A stretch of DNA of 64,000 nt from the NCBI GenBank assembly GCA_963705555.1, contig CAVPJZ010000002.1, positions 762,292 through 826,291 on the forward strand. The letters run 5' to 3'. How positions within the stretch are numbered: the stretch's first letter is position 1; each line of letters starts with the position of its first letter. This DNA is from an uncultured delta proteobacterium (GTDB taxonomy: Bacteria > Desulfobacterota > Syntrophia > Syntrophales > Smithellaceae). The translations under genes were made by a program, and so were the position numbers. Under the pieces are notes generated by a model. That model was not told the origin of the DNA, ran no database searches, and was given only the letters and a program-made list of their open reading frames with translations. This document shows, piece after piece, positions 30,110-41,581 of this stretch.

Positions 30110-30877
30110 ATGAATATCAAGGACGTAGTCGCACTAGTAACTGGTGGAGTATCAGGATTGGGGGAAGCCACTGTCATCGAATTGGTTAAAAACGGTGCCA
30201 AGGTAGCCATAATTGATGTTGATTCGGCAAGAGGCGAGAAGCTTGCGGCCGGGTTAAGGACTAACGCGATATTTGTAAGGGCAGATGTGACCAATGAAAC
30301 CGAAATTCAACAGGCCATAAAAAAGACCATAGACGCTTTCGGGAAAATAAATGTTGCCATAAATTGCGCCGGTGTTCCCAATCCGGGCAAGATTATGAGC
30401 AAGAAAGGTCCTTTGCCTTTGGATGCGTTCAATAAAGTAGTGCAAATAAATCTTGTGGGAACGCTCAATGTGCTCAGGTTGGCAGTTGAGCAAATGATCA
30501 ATAACACGCCCAATGAAGAAGGCGAAAAGGGCGTTATCGTTAATACAGCTTCAGTTGCCGCGTTTGACGGACAGATAGGACAGGCCGCATACAGCGGCTC
30601 TAAAGCCGGCATAGTGGGAATGACGCTGCCCATCGCCCGCGAATGCGCCGATTATGGAATAAGGGTAGCCACTATTGCCCCGGGACTCTTTGAAACACCG
30701 ATGATGGCTAGCTTACCGACGGCGGTTAAAGAAGATTTAGCTAAGACCGTTCCATTTCCACGGCGGCTGGGGAAACCCATTGAATATGCCAAACTAGCTA
30801 TTCATATTATCGAAAATACAATGCTCAACGGCTGCTGTATCAGGCTGGACGGCGCTTTACGTATGCCGCCTAAATAA
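30110..30877 (+). CDS. SDR 3-hydroxyacyl-CoA dehydrogenase type II
   Basis: TGGVSGLG, NTASVAAFDGQIGQAAYSGSK, LDGALRM. Confidence 0.9.
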   Translation: MNIKDVVALVTGGVSGLGEATVIELVKNGAKVAIIDVDSARGEKLAAGLRTNAIFVRADVTNETEIQQAIKKTIDAFGKINVAINCAGVPNPGKIMSKKGPLPLDAFNKVVQINLVGTLNVLRLAVEQMINNTPNEEGEKGVIVNTASVAAFDGQIGQAAYSGSKAGIVGMTLPIARECADYGIRVATIAPGLFETPMMASLPTAVKEDLAKTVPFPRRLGKPIEYAKLAIHIIENTMLNGCCIRLDGALRMPPK

Positions 30878-30898
30878 GCCAGTGTCTTATTCTATACA

Positions 30899-32144
30899 TT
30901 AGAGTTGTGTCCCGAAATTAAGCGCAGTTCTATCCATGCTGAAACCCAGTTTTGTATGAACCAACTCTTTGGGGCTAATCGTGAAGGGATGGAGAACGAG
31001 AAAAGAATTCTCAAGAGTGAATTTAAGCGAAGATGATAAATCCAGGAGGCGTCTTTTATTGGCCATTAAACTGGCTAAAGTAATGATAAAACTCTCCGCA
31101 GCTTCAGTTACGGGCAGAGTTACCGGATAGATTGTTTTTGCCGGAAAATCCCCTGTTGTCAAATTCACTTCAGCCGGCGTCATGGTCAGTTGTTTACACC
31201 AGCGCAAAAACAAAGCGGGGTTAATTTTAAAAGCCGGTGACCAAAAATAAAAAGGCGTGTGTTCCCATGCTTCCGTAGGAACTTTGGGTAAATTAGCCAC
31301 TTTAATTAAATCGGCATAAGTTTCCAGTTGAATACCATCAATTTTTACTTTCATCCGCCAGAAGGGAAGATAAGCAATATCTTCTCTTTGTCTTCCTGCC
31401 AGACGGAAAAATCAACTTTAGTAAAATTTTTGTTGGATGGATTCCATGCAGAATTGCAGTTATGAGCAAAAAACGATTAACGCGTCTTTTTCTCCCGGCA
31501 TATCCGCACCGCAATGCGGACAAAGCATGGGTATGAAATTTACCTGCCATTTCTCAGCCGGGGCGGAGGCGAGAGCCTGTTCAATTTCCTTTTCTTCCAC
31601 TTTTGGGGATCAAATAGGTTTTTTTAAGATTCCATCATAGAGGTAACCGTTGACTGAATAGACTGGAGCGTAAATAGTACCTGACGGTTTCTCCGATAAA
31701 GATTCTCTGCTGATCGGGTTTGCCAACATAAGTTTGGTAGCATTTCAGCAGCGCTTCGCGTGCAGTTTGAGAAGATGCGATAAATTCTCCGGCATCGTTA
31801 TTGCTTCCCACAAATTTTAATTTCAGCGCTTGCGGCCTCAGGCCCAAAGAAAATGGAAGCAAGCGGGAATCGAAAGAAAGAAAATTAGCGTCAAAAAAAT
31901 TATAAGAAATGTTCGCTTCTTTAAGGGTGTAAGAAAGACCCTTAAGGCGCCAATAGGGAATGAAATAAATTTTTTCAGTAATGTCTTTTGCGGGCGGAAT
32001 ATAGTAGCGGAAATGATCTTTTGTCGCCAGATATACCCGTGTGCGGCAGAATTTACACGAAAGAATGCGATCCGCCTCGTCGAGAATTATCGGCGCGCCG
32101 CATTGAGGACATTGTTGTTCAATCTGCCAGTTAGAGCCGTTCAC
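30899..32144 (-). CDS. Zinc-ribbon protein, SPFH partner (frameshifted in this assembly)
   Basis: N-terminal CPQCGA...CKFC; fragments 31635-32144 and 30899-31354 are joinable by frameshifts; overlaps the SPFH gene end. Confidence 0.6.
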
Positions 32145-33252
32145 CGCACTTATTACAATAAATAGATTCCGGTAAATTTTCGAAGCCGCATTTGGAGCAT
32201 TTTTTAGGCGAGGGCTTTACCGTTACCGCCTTGCCGCAATTGACGCAAAATTTGGCGTTGACCGATAAATTTTTTCCGCAATGAGCGCACTTATTGACTA
32301 TTAGAATCTGGTGCCCGCAAGCGGGACAAAAATGGGATTCTTTAGGAATTGCTTGTTTGCAATCCGGACAGGCATAAGTTTCTGCAGTAACTCCTTGTGC
32401 AGCCGCTCCTTTGAAGGCTTCCGCAAGCATTCCGGGCATCATAAATCCCATTCCCAATCCTAATCCCGCGCCCGCTTCCGACTGCGTCTGAGCCGCAGTT
32501 TCCACCGCCATCGCCGCTTTCATTTTCAGAAGTTTGTTGAGATCATCAAAAACACCCAGTCTGCTCTTATCGTCGATTGCTTTTTGCACTTCCGGCGGCG
32601 GGGTAATGGAGTTAATATACAAATCGGTAAGCCCCAGGCCGAATTTACTGAGATCGTTTTGCAGCATTGATTTCAAGCCGTCGGAAAAGTCGTTGTATTT
32701 CCCGGGAAGGTTGAAAATTGTGTCCACGTTTTCCCCCATGTAATCGTTAAAACGCGAAACAATGATCCGGTTGAGATACTCTTCGATTTCTTCGGTGCTG
32801 AAAATTCCCTGTGTTCCGACAAGCGAGTTTATGAGCAGAAGCGGCTGAATAACGCGGATATTAAAAACGCCGAAAGCGCGCAGGCGGATTAATCCTAATT
32901 CCTTATCGCGGAAAGCGACAGGGTCGCGAGTGCCCCATTTTAAATTGGGGAAGACTTTCATGTTGATGAAATAGACTTCCGCGCGCAGGGGGCTTGTCAT
33001 CCCCCACGGTATGGATAAAACTTTCGTTAAAAGAGGAATGTTGGCTGTTTTTAAAGTATGTCGTCCGGGTCCGAAAGCGTCGTAGGCTTTACCGTTATAA
33101 AAAAAGACGGCGCTCTGGCTTTCTCTGACGGTCAGCTGCGCGCCGAATTTTATTTCACCGGAACCTTTGGCCGGAATTCTATGGACTATTTCTTTGCCCG
33201 ATTCATCAAACCACTCGATTACTTCTAAAAAGATGACATTATCAGTTCCCAT
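32131..33252 (-). CDS. SPFH-domain protein with C-terminal double zinc ribbons (YdjI-like)
   Basis: LTVRESQ.AVF, FGPGRHTL.T.NIP, KWGT, LRAFG; repeated CxxC pairs. Confidence 0.85.
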   Translation of the reverse strand: MGTDNVIFLEVIEWFDESGKEIVHRIPAKGSGEIKFGAQLTVRESQSAVFFYNGKAYDAFGPGRHTLKTANIPLLTKVLSIPWGMTSPLRAEVYFINMKVFPNLKWGTRDPVAFRDKELGLIRLRAFGVFNIRVIQPLLLINSLVGTQGIFSTEEIEEYLNRIIVSRFNDYMGENVDTIFNLPGKYNDFSDGLKSMLQNDLSKFGLGLTDLYINSITPPPEVQKAIDDKSRLGVFDDLNKLLKMKAAMAVETAAQTQSEAGAGLGLGMGFMMPGMLAEAFKGAAAQGVTAETYACPDCKQAIPKESHFCPACGHQILIVNKCAHCGKNLSVNAKFCVNCGKAVTVKPSPKKCSKCGFENLPESIYCNKCGERL

Positions 33253-33395
33253 TTATCCTCACTCCCCGGAAGTATTTTAAGTAACGAAATCTAAGTTTTT
33301 AGCTTAGCAATAATAAAAGACACGGACCCAATAGTCAAGGAACAAAGCAATGATTAAAATTGATCTTTTGGGCAGAATATTGTACACAATCCCCC

Positions 33396-34822
33396 ATGAA
33401 AAAGACCAATTCCGCCGGGCACAATATTTATAAAGGGATGGCTCTTATCGCCGACCCGATTCATCAATACGCACTTTTTACAGTGCCGGAAGATAATGCC
33501 CCTCAAGAAACTACGGAAAAAGACCTAATTGATTCTCCCTGGATGCAGAGATTAAGAAGGATTTATCAGCTGCAAAGCGCGCGCTGGGTTTATCCGGCGG
33601 CGGAACATTCCCGCTTTCAGCATTCTCTCGGCACAATGCACGTTGCCGGAGAATTTGCCAAAAGCATTTATCCGAGTTTGTCCGATATTTGTAAAGATGT
33701 ACCCTCCTGTAATTACGTGGAAGAACTACTGCGCCTCGCCGGTCTTTTACATGATGTCGGGCACGGTCCCTACGGTCATTTTTTTGACGATAATTATTTG
33801 AGTGATCTGGGGCTTGACGCATGAAATAATCGGGCAGAGTATCATTGTCGAAAAACTCGGAGTGGATATTTCCCGCATCAAACGAAGTCCTTCCGGAGTA
33901 TTTGCGCGCGGCGAAGCTTTGAATCCGCCCCAGGTGGCCTATTTAATTAAGATGCCCGAAGCCAGGGAAAATACCCGGCAGCCGCGCTGGTTGCAGTTGT
34001 TGCGGCAGTTGTTTTCCGGCGTTTATACGGTAGATAATCTCGATTATGTTCAGCGCGACGCATACATGACCGGATTTTCGCTGGATATGGTGGATATTCC
34101 CCGCCTGCGCTATTATACTTTTTTTACCAAAGACGGTCTTACCCTGCATCAATCGGGCATCTCGGCGTTGGGGCGTTTTCTCAACGCCCGTCTGAATTTA
34201 TACACTAACGTTTATTTTCACCGCACCACGCGCGCCCTGGATTTGCATTTGCAGGAAATCTTTCACGATACCATGGAGATAATTTTCCCGTATAATCCGG
34301 TCGAAAAATTTGGACGCTTATCTGCATTGTGATGAATGGTTTTTATTCAACGAAGTGCAAAGCTGGCTTACACATAATGATCAAAGGAAAAGAAAACTGG
34401 CCGATGAGTGGAAAAAACTGCATGCGCGAGAAGTTAAGTGGAAAATGTCTTTTTCCACGGAAATTTCCATTGCTCAAATTCATCGCGGCACCGGATTTGT
34501 TCGCGCCGTGGATTATGAGGCAAAAATAAAAGAACGTCTCCCCAAAAAGTTAAAAGAAATTTCCTTTAAAGTGGATTTGGCCACGCAGGACCCTCGTCCG
34601 CTCAATCCTATGGCCGAACCCGGCAAAAGAATAAATATTTTTAATCCGGTTACGGAAATGACATCACCGGAACCGCTTTTGGAAATTTACCGTTTTATTC
34701 CCGCGCGGGTCATGCACTTCCGGGTGTTTTCACTGAACCACGATTATGATGAAGAACTATCCAGAGCCGCGGAAAATGTTCTGAATACTGTCGAATCATC
34801 ATCAATGCCGACTAATGTTTGA
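33396..34822 (+). CDS. HD-domain phosphohydrolase, SAMHD1/COG1078-like (two frameshifts)
   Basis: QRLRRIYQL, HSRFQHSLG, LLHDVGHGP..H, DNLDY..RD, VYFH. Confidence 0.85.
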
Positions 34823-36903
34823 TATGCTGGAAAATTCCGAAACCACAGATATAACTCTTTTTGTCCGCACTTCCGGGGAGGAAATAGCTCCCTGGAACCG
34901 TCAGCGCATTGTTGATGCCCTGGTGCGCGAAGCGGATATTGATTATCAGTTGGCGGCGGAAATATCGAAAGAAGTGGAAAAACAGATTGTCTCTTCGGGT
35001 ATCGGCGTGCTCACGACGGCGCTTATCCGCGAACTGGTTAATGCGCGACTTATTGAAAGGGGACTGGAGAAAGAACGGAGACTGCACGGCCGTTTGGGAT
35101 TTCCTCTCTATGACGTCCGGCAGTTGATTTTACACCAAAATAAAGAAAGTGCCAATACTCCTCATTCTCCCGAAGGCACGAATCTGATTTTTGCCGAAGG
35201 AATTAAAAGAGAATTTTCTCTTTACGATGTTTTTTCCGCCGATATCGGCGATGCGCATGCCGCAGGTGACATTCACATTCACGGGTTAGGGTATGTTGAC
35301 CGTCCTTACAGCTGTTGTCAATCTCTGGAATATCTCAAAATTAACGGCTTGAATTTGCCGCAGGCAGTGAATTCCGCCAAGCCCGCAAAATATGCCGAAG
35401 TGCTTCTAGCGCACATGGTGCGTTTCAGCGCCATTCTGCAGGGACATTTTACCGGTACAATCGGCTGGGATGCGCTCAACATTTCCTTTGCTCCTTATCT
35501 GGGCTCTATGACCGATAAAGAAGTAAAACAGTTCGCGCAAATGCTTGTTTATGAATTCTCACAGCTTTCCGCCACGCGCGGGGGGCAGGCTTTATATACC
35601 GATATGCACATCTATTACGAAATACCGCCGCATTGGGCGAGCTCTTCCCGCTATCGGGCCGGAAGGCAAACCCACCGGTAAAACTTATGGTGAATACGCC
35701 GGAGACGCTCAGCGCCTGGCTTTGGCCATCTTGGAAGTATTTAAAAAAGGCGATGCCACCGGAAAACCGTTCATCCTGCCCCGGCCGCTTCTGCATATAA
35801 CTGAAGCTTTTTGGAAGACTAAAGGTGCTGAGGAATATCTTGAACATGCCTGTGAAGTGGCCGGGCTCAAGGGCAATACCTGCTTTATTTTCGACAGAGA
35901 TGAAAATGCGTTATCTTTTGCCTGTTGTAAGACCGGTTATAAAGGTAATGGTGATTACGAACAAGAATCGAAAAAACCATGGCTGATGCGCTGTGCTGCC
36001 ATTCAAAGCGTGACTTTGAATTTACCGCGACTCGCCTACAAAGCCGCCGGCGATGAAAAAAGATTATTTGCCCTGCTTACTGAATTTACGGCAACAGCGG
36101 TAAAGGCGCACATTCAGAAAAAAGATTTTCTGGAAAAACTTCTTTCTTACGCCGATAAGGGTCCTTTGGCCGTGCTGGCCATGAACCATGACGGGTTTCC
36201 GTTTTTGAGAATGAACCGGGCTTATTATATTATCGGTCTTGTCGGAATAAATGAACTAGTGCAAATTCATATAGGGAGCCAACTGCACGAATCACCGGAA
36301 GCTCTGGAATTTGGTTTGAAAGTGGTAGACTACCTTAAGCGTGAAGCCGAGCTCCTGAGTGAAAAGTTGGGAATAAAATTTGTATTGGAGCAGTCACCGG
36401 CGGAAACTACCGCTTACCGGTTCGCGAGGCTCGATTTAAAATACTTTTCTCCGGCCGCTGGACGCTATGTGAAAGGCGATATTGCCGAAGGTGCTATTTA
36501 TTATACAAACTCAACGCACTTGAATGTTTCCGCGGATGTGCCGCCTCTGCAAAGAGTGATTCAGGAAGGTCTTTTTCATAAATATCTGGAAGGGGAGCAT
36601 ATCACGCATTTACAGTTGGGTGGCTCAAATCCGGGCAAAAAAGAATTAAGTAAGTTTATTCGAGAAGTGTTTTACAATTCCGCCAACCGCCAGATTGATT
36701 TTTCTCCTGAATTTACATTCTGTCTTTCCTGCGGCAAAACGGCTTCCGGCTTGAGTGAAACTTGTGTTTACTGCGGCTCAAATGAAGTCGAAGGCATCGC
36801 GCGCCTCACCAAATATTTCAGCAAAATTTCGGGCTGGAACAAGGGTAAGTTTGCCGAGCTTAAGAATAGAAGAGTGGACAAGAACTTTAAGGTAGACGGC
36901 TGA
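34815..36903 (+). CDS. nrdD: Class III ribonucleotide reductase (NrdD) homologue with ATP cone, lacking the radical Gly (one frameshift near 35640)
   Basis: N-terminal ATP cone, EQSPAE, YYTNS, CLSC..CVYC zinc site, WNKGK..E...R C-terminus; the RxxGY motif reads RLTKY. Confidence 0.85.
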
Positions 36904-37139
36904 CAGACAGTTTGCACTTGACAGGCGGGAGCAATTGGGCTAAACAACCTCACCTTTAATTAATGAAACTCAAATATTGCAAACGCAGTGAAGTAATATT
37001 TGTTAGTTGAATTAATGACACTCGCTGAAAACGAATGGAGTTCCGTTTGAAGCGTAAGTGGAATTAATCCCGTAAGCGATGCTTATCGGGATGAGATTTA
37101 ATACCATCTACTAAAAGAATAAAATTTAGGAGGATACTT

Positions 37140-37403
37140 TTGGCAACACATAAATCAGCAGAAAAACGCGATCGTCAGAGTAAAAAACACCGCGAGCGCA
37201 ATATTAACGTCAAATCCGCGCTCAAGACTAAGGTTAAAGCAGTAATTACCGCAGTGGAAGGCAAAAAGAAAAAAGATTCCGCAAGCGCGCTCAAAGCCGT
37301 TATTCCGGCGTTGAATAAAGCGGCAGTTAAAGGCGTAATTCATAAGAAAAATGCTTCCCGCAAAATTTCCCGCCTAACCAAAAAAGTAAACGCCCTCAAA
37401 TAA
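37140..37403 (+). CDS. rpsT: 30S ribosomal protein S20
   Basis: ATHKSAEKR...KGVIHKKNASRKISRL; TTG start with AGGAGG. Confidence 0.97.
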   Translation: MATHKSAEKRDRQSKKHRERNINVKSALKTKVKAVITAVEGKKKKDSASALKAVIPALNKAAVKGVIHKKNASRKISRLTKKVNALK

Positions 37404-37410
37404 AAACAAT

Positions 37411-37441
37411 AAAGCGGCCTGCTTGCAAGGCGGGCCGCTTT
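37411..37441 (+). terminator. Intrinsic terminator after rpsT
   Basis: AAAGCGGCCTGCTT-gc-AAGGCGGGCCGCTTT hairpin with a short U-tract. Confidence 0.75.
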
Positions 37442-37477
37442 CAGTTGTTCCTATGTAATCTTAAAAGCTTATTTTTA

Positions 37478-37504
37478 CTGGATTTCCGCCTGCGCGGGAA
37501 TGAC
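37478..37504. repeat. REP-like palindrome
   Basis: CTGGATTTCCGCCTGCGCGGGAATGAC, matching the GTCATTCCCGCG..GGCGG.AATCCAG type of short palindromic repeat. Confidence 0.55.
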
Positions 37505-37656
37505 AAATTAATGATAGACATTTTAATGTCCTCTTTAATTTTCTCCTTTACGAAAAAAAACTTATTTATTCCGAATTGGCGGCATACTTTTTCGATTTGC
37601 TTTGTGGCGAAGAATAATTTACAAATACACTTAAGAATATTTATGTTGGCGGGTTA

Positions 37657-38416
37657 ATGAAGCAATTTAATTTTAATAGTCTTAAAAGGCGACTGGCTGG
37701 GAAAGATTTAGCTTTGGGCGATTTGATAATTGAAATTGGCCAGGGGTTTCTTCATGTTCCTTACAAAGTGGGAACTCTGGAAGCCGGAGGTAAAGAAAAG
37801 CTAATCGTCGACTTTACTCAATTTGATTGTTTTACATTTCTGGAAACCGTTCTGGCACTCTCTCATTGCTTCGTCGTAGGAAGAATTTCACCGCGGGAAT
37901 TCCGGCGCAAATTAAAGCTTATTCGTTACCGCCACGGCATTATCGCCGGTTACTCCTCACGCCTGCATTATTTCACGGATTGGCTACGCGATAACGAGCA
38001 AAAGAAAATTATCAAGGATATCTCAAGGCGCGTAGGCGGCAGACCTAAGCGTAAAAAAATAAATTACATGACGACTCACCGTTTATCTTATCCGGCGCTG
38101 AAAAACGAAAATGAATTTCAAAAAATGCTGCTCGTGGAAAAAAATCTTTCCCGCAAAACTTTTTGTATGATTGGAAGAAATAAATTAAACCAGCAAAAAG
38201 AAAAAATTGAAACAGGTGACATTATTGCTTTTGTGACTGAACAGGAAGGATTAGATGTCGCGCATGTCGGCTTTGCTCTTTGGCAAGGGAAAAATTTACA
38301 TCTTCTTGCATGCCTCCAGCAAAGAAGGCGGCGTAGTCATGTCGAAAAAAACTCTTGTTGCTTATCTGAAACAAAATGAAAAATTTACCGGTATTATTGT
38401 CGCGCGTCCTCTGTAA
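37657..38416 (+). CDS. DUF1460 N-acetylmuramoyl-L-alanine amidase-like protein (frameshift near 38308)
   Basis: FDCFTFLE, SRLHYFTDW, GLDVAHVG; repair gives LHASS...GIIVARPL*. Confidence 0.85.
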
Positions 38417-38515
38417 AGGATAATAATTTATTTTCAAAAGTATACCAAGGCGTCAATTTCATTGAGAACAGGAGATTGCTTCGCTATACTTGTAATGACC
38501 GAGTAAATTGTTGTT

Positions 38516-38596
38516 ATAGCGATTTTAAATCTAAGATGATATCAAGGCAGCGATGAAGAAGCCAACGCCGATAGCGCTTTGATTTGGAATTGGTAT
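38516..38596. mobile_element. MITE-like repeat family A, degenerate internally deleted copy (inverted)
   Basis: TAAATCTAAGATGATATCAAGGC...GATAGCGCTTTGATTTGGAATTGGTAT matches both ends of family A in reverse. Confidence 0.65.
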
Positions 38597-39150
38597 CAAG
38601 GCTTTTCAAAATGATGATAGTCCTTCGGCTGCTCGAAATTGCCGCCCCAGTGCCAGCCGCGTTTTAAAAATTCCTGAACGATAGGATTTGCCACCGTAAA
38701 AGCCCCCTTCTTTTGCGGGTTATAAACTGCACCTTCGGGAGCGATAAGGCCATGGGGATAGATTACGGGATTTTGCATCGGATTGATGTCCAGGGCACGG
38801 CCGAAAGAATGGAGCGATAATTTTGTTGTGCCTTCGATTACGCGAAAATTAAAGCCGGAGGTGTTATTGGCGGCCATGGATTCGTGATCCTGCCAGCCGT
38901 AGGTCACGATGGGAATAGCTTTGCCGATAGGAAACTTTAACTTTTCAATCAAAACAAAAATTTCGCAGACATCATCTTCCAGTTCGCTGTTCACGATAAT
39001 TTGTCCCTGATGCCGCATACCGTCAAAAGAGAAATAACAGACATCTACCATCGATAAGCGATCAACTATTTCCAGGGGCGCGTTTGTTCCCGCAATAGCA
39101 TCGGAAAAACTAAAATCGCTATCCACAATTATATTATCATTGCCGCTCAC
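38596..39150 (-). CDS. M15-family metallopeptidase (cell-wall peptidase)
   Basis: NNTSGFNFR, SLHSFGRALDINP, WGG, DYHHFE. Confidence 0.88.
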   Translation of the reverse strand: MSGNDNIIVDSDFSFSDAIAGTNAPLEIVDRLSMVDVCYFSFDGMRHQGQIIVNSELEDDVCEIFVLIEKLKFPIGKAIPIVTYGWQDHESMAANNTSGFNFRVIEGTTKLSLHSFGRALDINPMQNPVIYPHGLIAPEGAVYNPQKKGAFTVANPIVQEFLKRGWHWGGNFEQPKDYHHFEKP

Positions 39151-39163
39151 AATTACTTACCCG

Positions 39164-41560
39164 TTACAATTCCTGAATTATTTTATTTGTTATATCTTCC
39201 GCCAGCGATACTTCCCGGTAGATACTGCTGATTTGGAAGGCTTCCAAACGATCGAAATCCGCAAGCATTGGTGTAATAATTACTCCGGCCATATCTATCG
39301 CGCCTAAGGAGACAAAAATTCTTTTTTCGCCTTCGTAAAAGAAAGCGTCCGGACGGTGTTTCTGCCGCAGAAATATTATTAGCCGCCAGGTGTTGTCTTC
39401 ATAGGTGCAAAGAACATTGAGCATTGGTTCGCTTCCCGAAGAAATTATTTTTTGTGTTATTTTAATTAAACGGTTGAATTGTTCCTGCAAAGATTCCCTG
39501 CTTTTTCCGCTCATAATGACTACGGCGCGGTCAAGTTTTTCTCCGGTATAAAATTTTACTCCGGATATTTCTTTTATTGGAGATGTCTTGTGAAACATCT
39601 CTATAAAGGGTAGAGAGTTTTTGGGAATAGCCTGCAGGTGCAAATGATCGGGAGCCGATGCTCCGCATGCTGGTCCGTTATAAAACACTGTAAAGCCAGG
39701 AGCTAAATCCTGAGCCAAGTTCATGAGCAAAATTAATGATGCGGCGATTGCTTTGGGGTTGATGGCGTAGATTGGCAATAGTAAAATGCTTATCAAAAAT
39801 AGGTGCCGGATTGCAAAGGATGAGGTAATTTCCCCGGTATAATATTCCCCGTTGCTGCGTGGGAAGATTATCGGTACACAAAAAGCAAGGCCTGTTTTTA
39901 ATTGATTCCCGGTCAACGGCGGCACCACTGCTGACAGCGCGCTGAGGATTGAATTGCAGATCAACGATATAACTACCGCAAGAAATTGAGCGAGTGCTGA
40001 CATTTGCCAATTCTTGATAAGAGTGAGCAAGCCCAGGCCAGCTTTTCTTTTGTTCCTCTAAAAGATTCAGACACAGGGCAGTCAGGGACTTATGTTTTCC
40101 CCCGGGATATTTAGTAAAAGTTCTATTTTCCAATTCTTTTTTCTTTTTGTTTAATATCTGCCGTGCTTTTATTTCCATTGTGCGAAGTTCATCTTTATAA
40201 AAATCATTGCGGTTTTGTTTTTCGATGGAGGGAGCGGCATCGGTGTTTTCCCGCCAGCGCCGGCATAGATAAATGCTCTTATAAATTCGTCCGATTTGGT
40301 ATTCACGCGATATTCGCAGGGCAATGGCGTAATCTTCACCATAGCTGACATTGGGAAAGCCGATTTCACGGATTATGGAGGTATCGAAGGCGCGGGGAGC
40401 GCCTAATCCGTTGACACGCAGAAGGTTATTATGGCCGTTTGTTTTTGTCCATTCTTTATGGTCGATGAGCCCCGGCGGAATTTTTTCCAGACGTTGATTG
40501 ACAATTGAATAAGCACCGACCACCAGCGCGTAATTACCTTTGCGCAAAACGTCAACTATCTTTTGCAGAGTTTGTGCGGAACTGTAAAGGTCGTCGGAAT
40601 CAAGCTGGATTGCGTAGCGGCCGCAGTACGATGAATAAATAGCTTCATTCCAGCAGCCGCCGATGCCTAGATCATGGCGCTCAGGGATAATATGTTTTAT
40701 TTTTTCCTGCTTTTCCGCCAACTTTTTAATGGTATCAGTAGTGCCGTCTGTGGAATGATTATCCACGACGATGATATTGAAATCGAAATTTGTTTTTTGT
40801 GTAAGCGCACTTTGGATTGCTTCTCTGATGGTTTTTTTGCGGTTAAGCACAGGGATTATCACACTCGCTTCTACGGGAAAGATATCATTCGTCGTCGGGG
40901 CGCCTTTTGGGTGCGCGTCTCTAAATAAGCGTCCGTCAGTTTTAGATAATTCGTAGCCGCTTTTTCCAGTTTTTTTTGTCGGATGACATTTTTAGCCGCG
41001 GCATAAGCGAAATGGTTTTCATCTCGAAGGTTTTTACCCTTAAGTGATTTTACCTTTTTATCGATAACTGTATAAAGAAATTCGGGAACATGAAAGATAG
41101 GATAATCAATGGAAACTTTCAGGCGCAAATCGTATAGCGCAATGTTTGCATCGGATGGCAGAGAGCCGTATTTTTGCAAGGCGGCTTTGATGCCGTTGAC
41201 GGAAAAAAGAAAAAGATGGCCGAAATTAAAATCGTCGCGGATACTGCCTAATTGATAATCTATAAGCGGATGACGGATGAGTTTATTTCTCTTTTTCTCA
41301 ATAAAGTCTGAATAAATAATGCCGGCGTGTTTATCTTCGGCAATAGTGAGCAAACGGTTTATGGAATTTACGCTTAATTTGATTTCCTTTTGGGAATCAA
41401 TCACAAATAAAAAGCGTGAAGATAATTTTTTCAAGAAGGGAGATAGGTGGCGCATTTCTTTTGCTACAGTAGGTTGCGTAGGCCAAACGCCAATCGCCTC
41501 TTTTTCGTTATTTACGGCCAAGAAAAAAAAACGGCCAAATTTTACGGCTAAAGGCGTCAT
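39164..41560 (-). CDS. Family 2 glycosyltransferase fused to DUF4922 (HIT-like phosphorylase) domain (frameshifted)
   Basis: IIPV.NR, VVDNHSTDGT, QLDSDD, YGEDY, continuing in the same frame into QFNP.R..S and RPCFLC; YNGPACGASAPDHLHLQ after a frameshift. Confidence 0.8.
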
Positions 41561-41581
41561 GGTTAGTTGAGTTCTGCTTTA

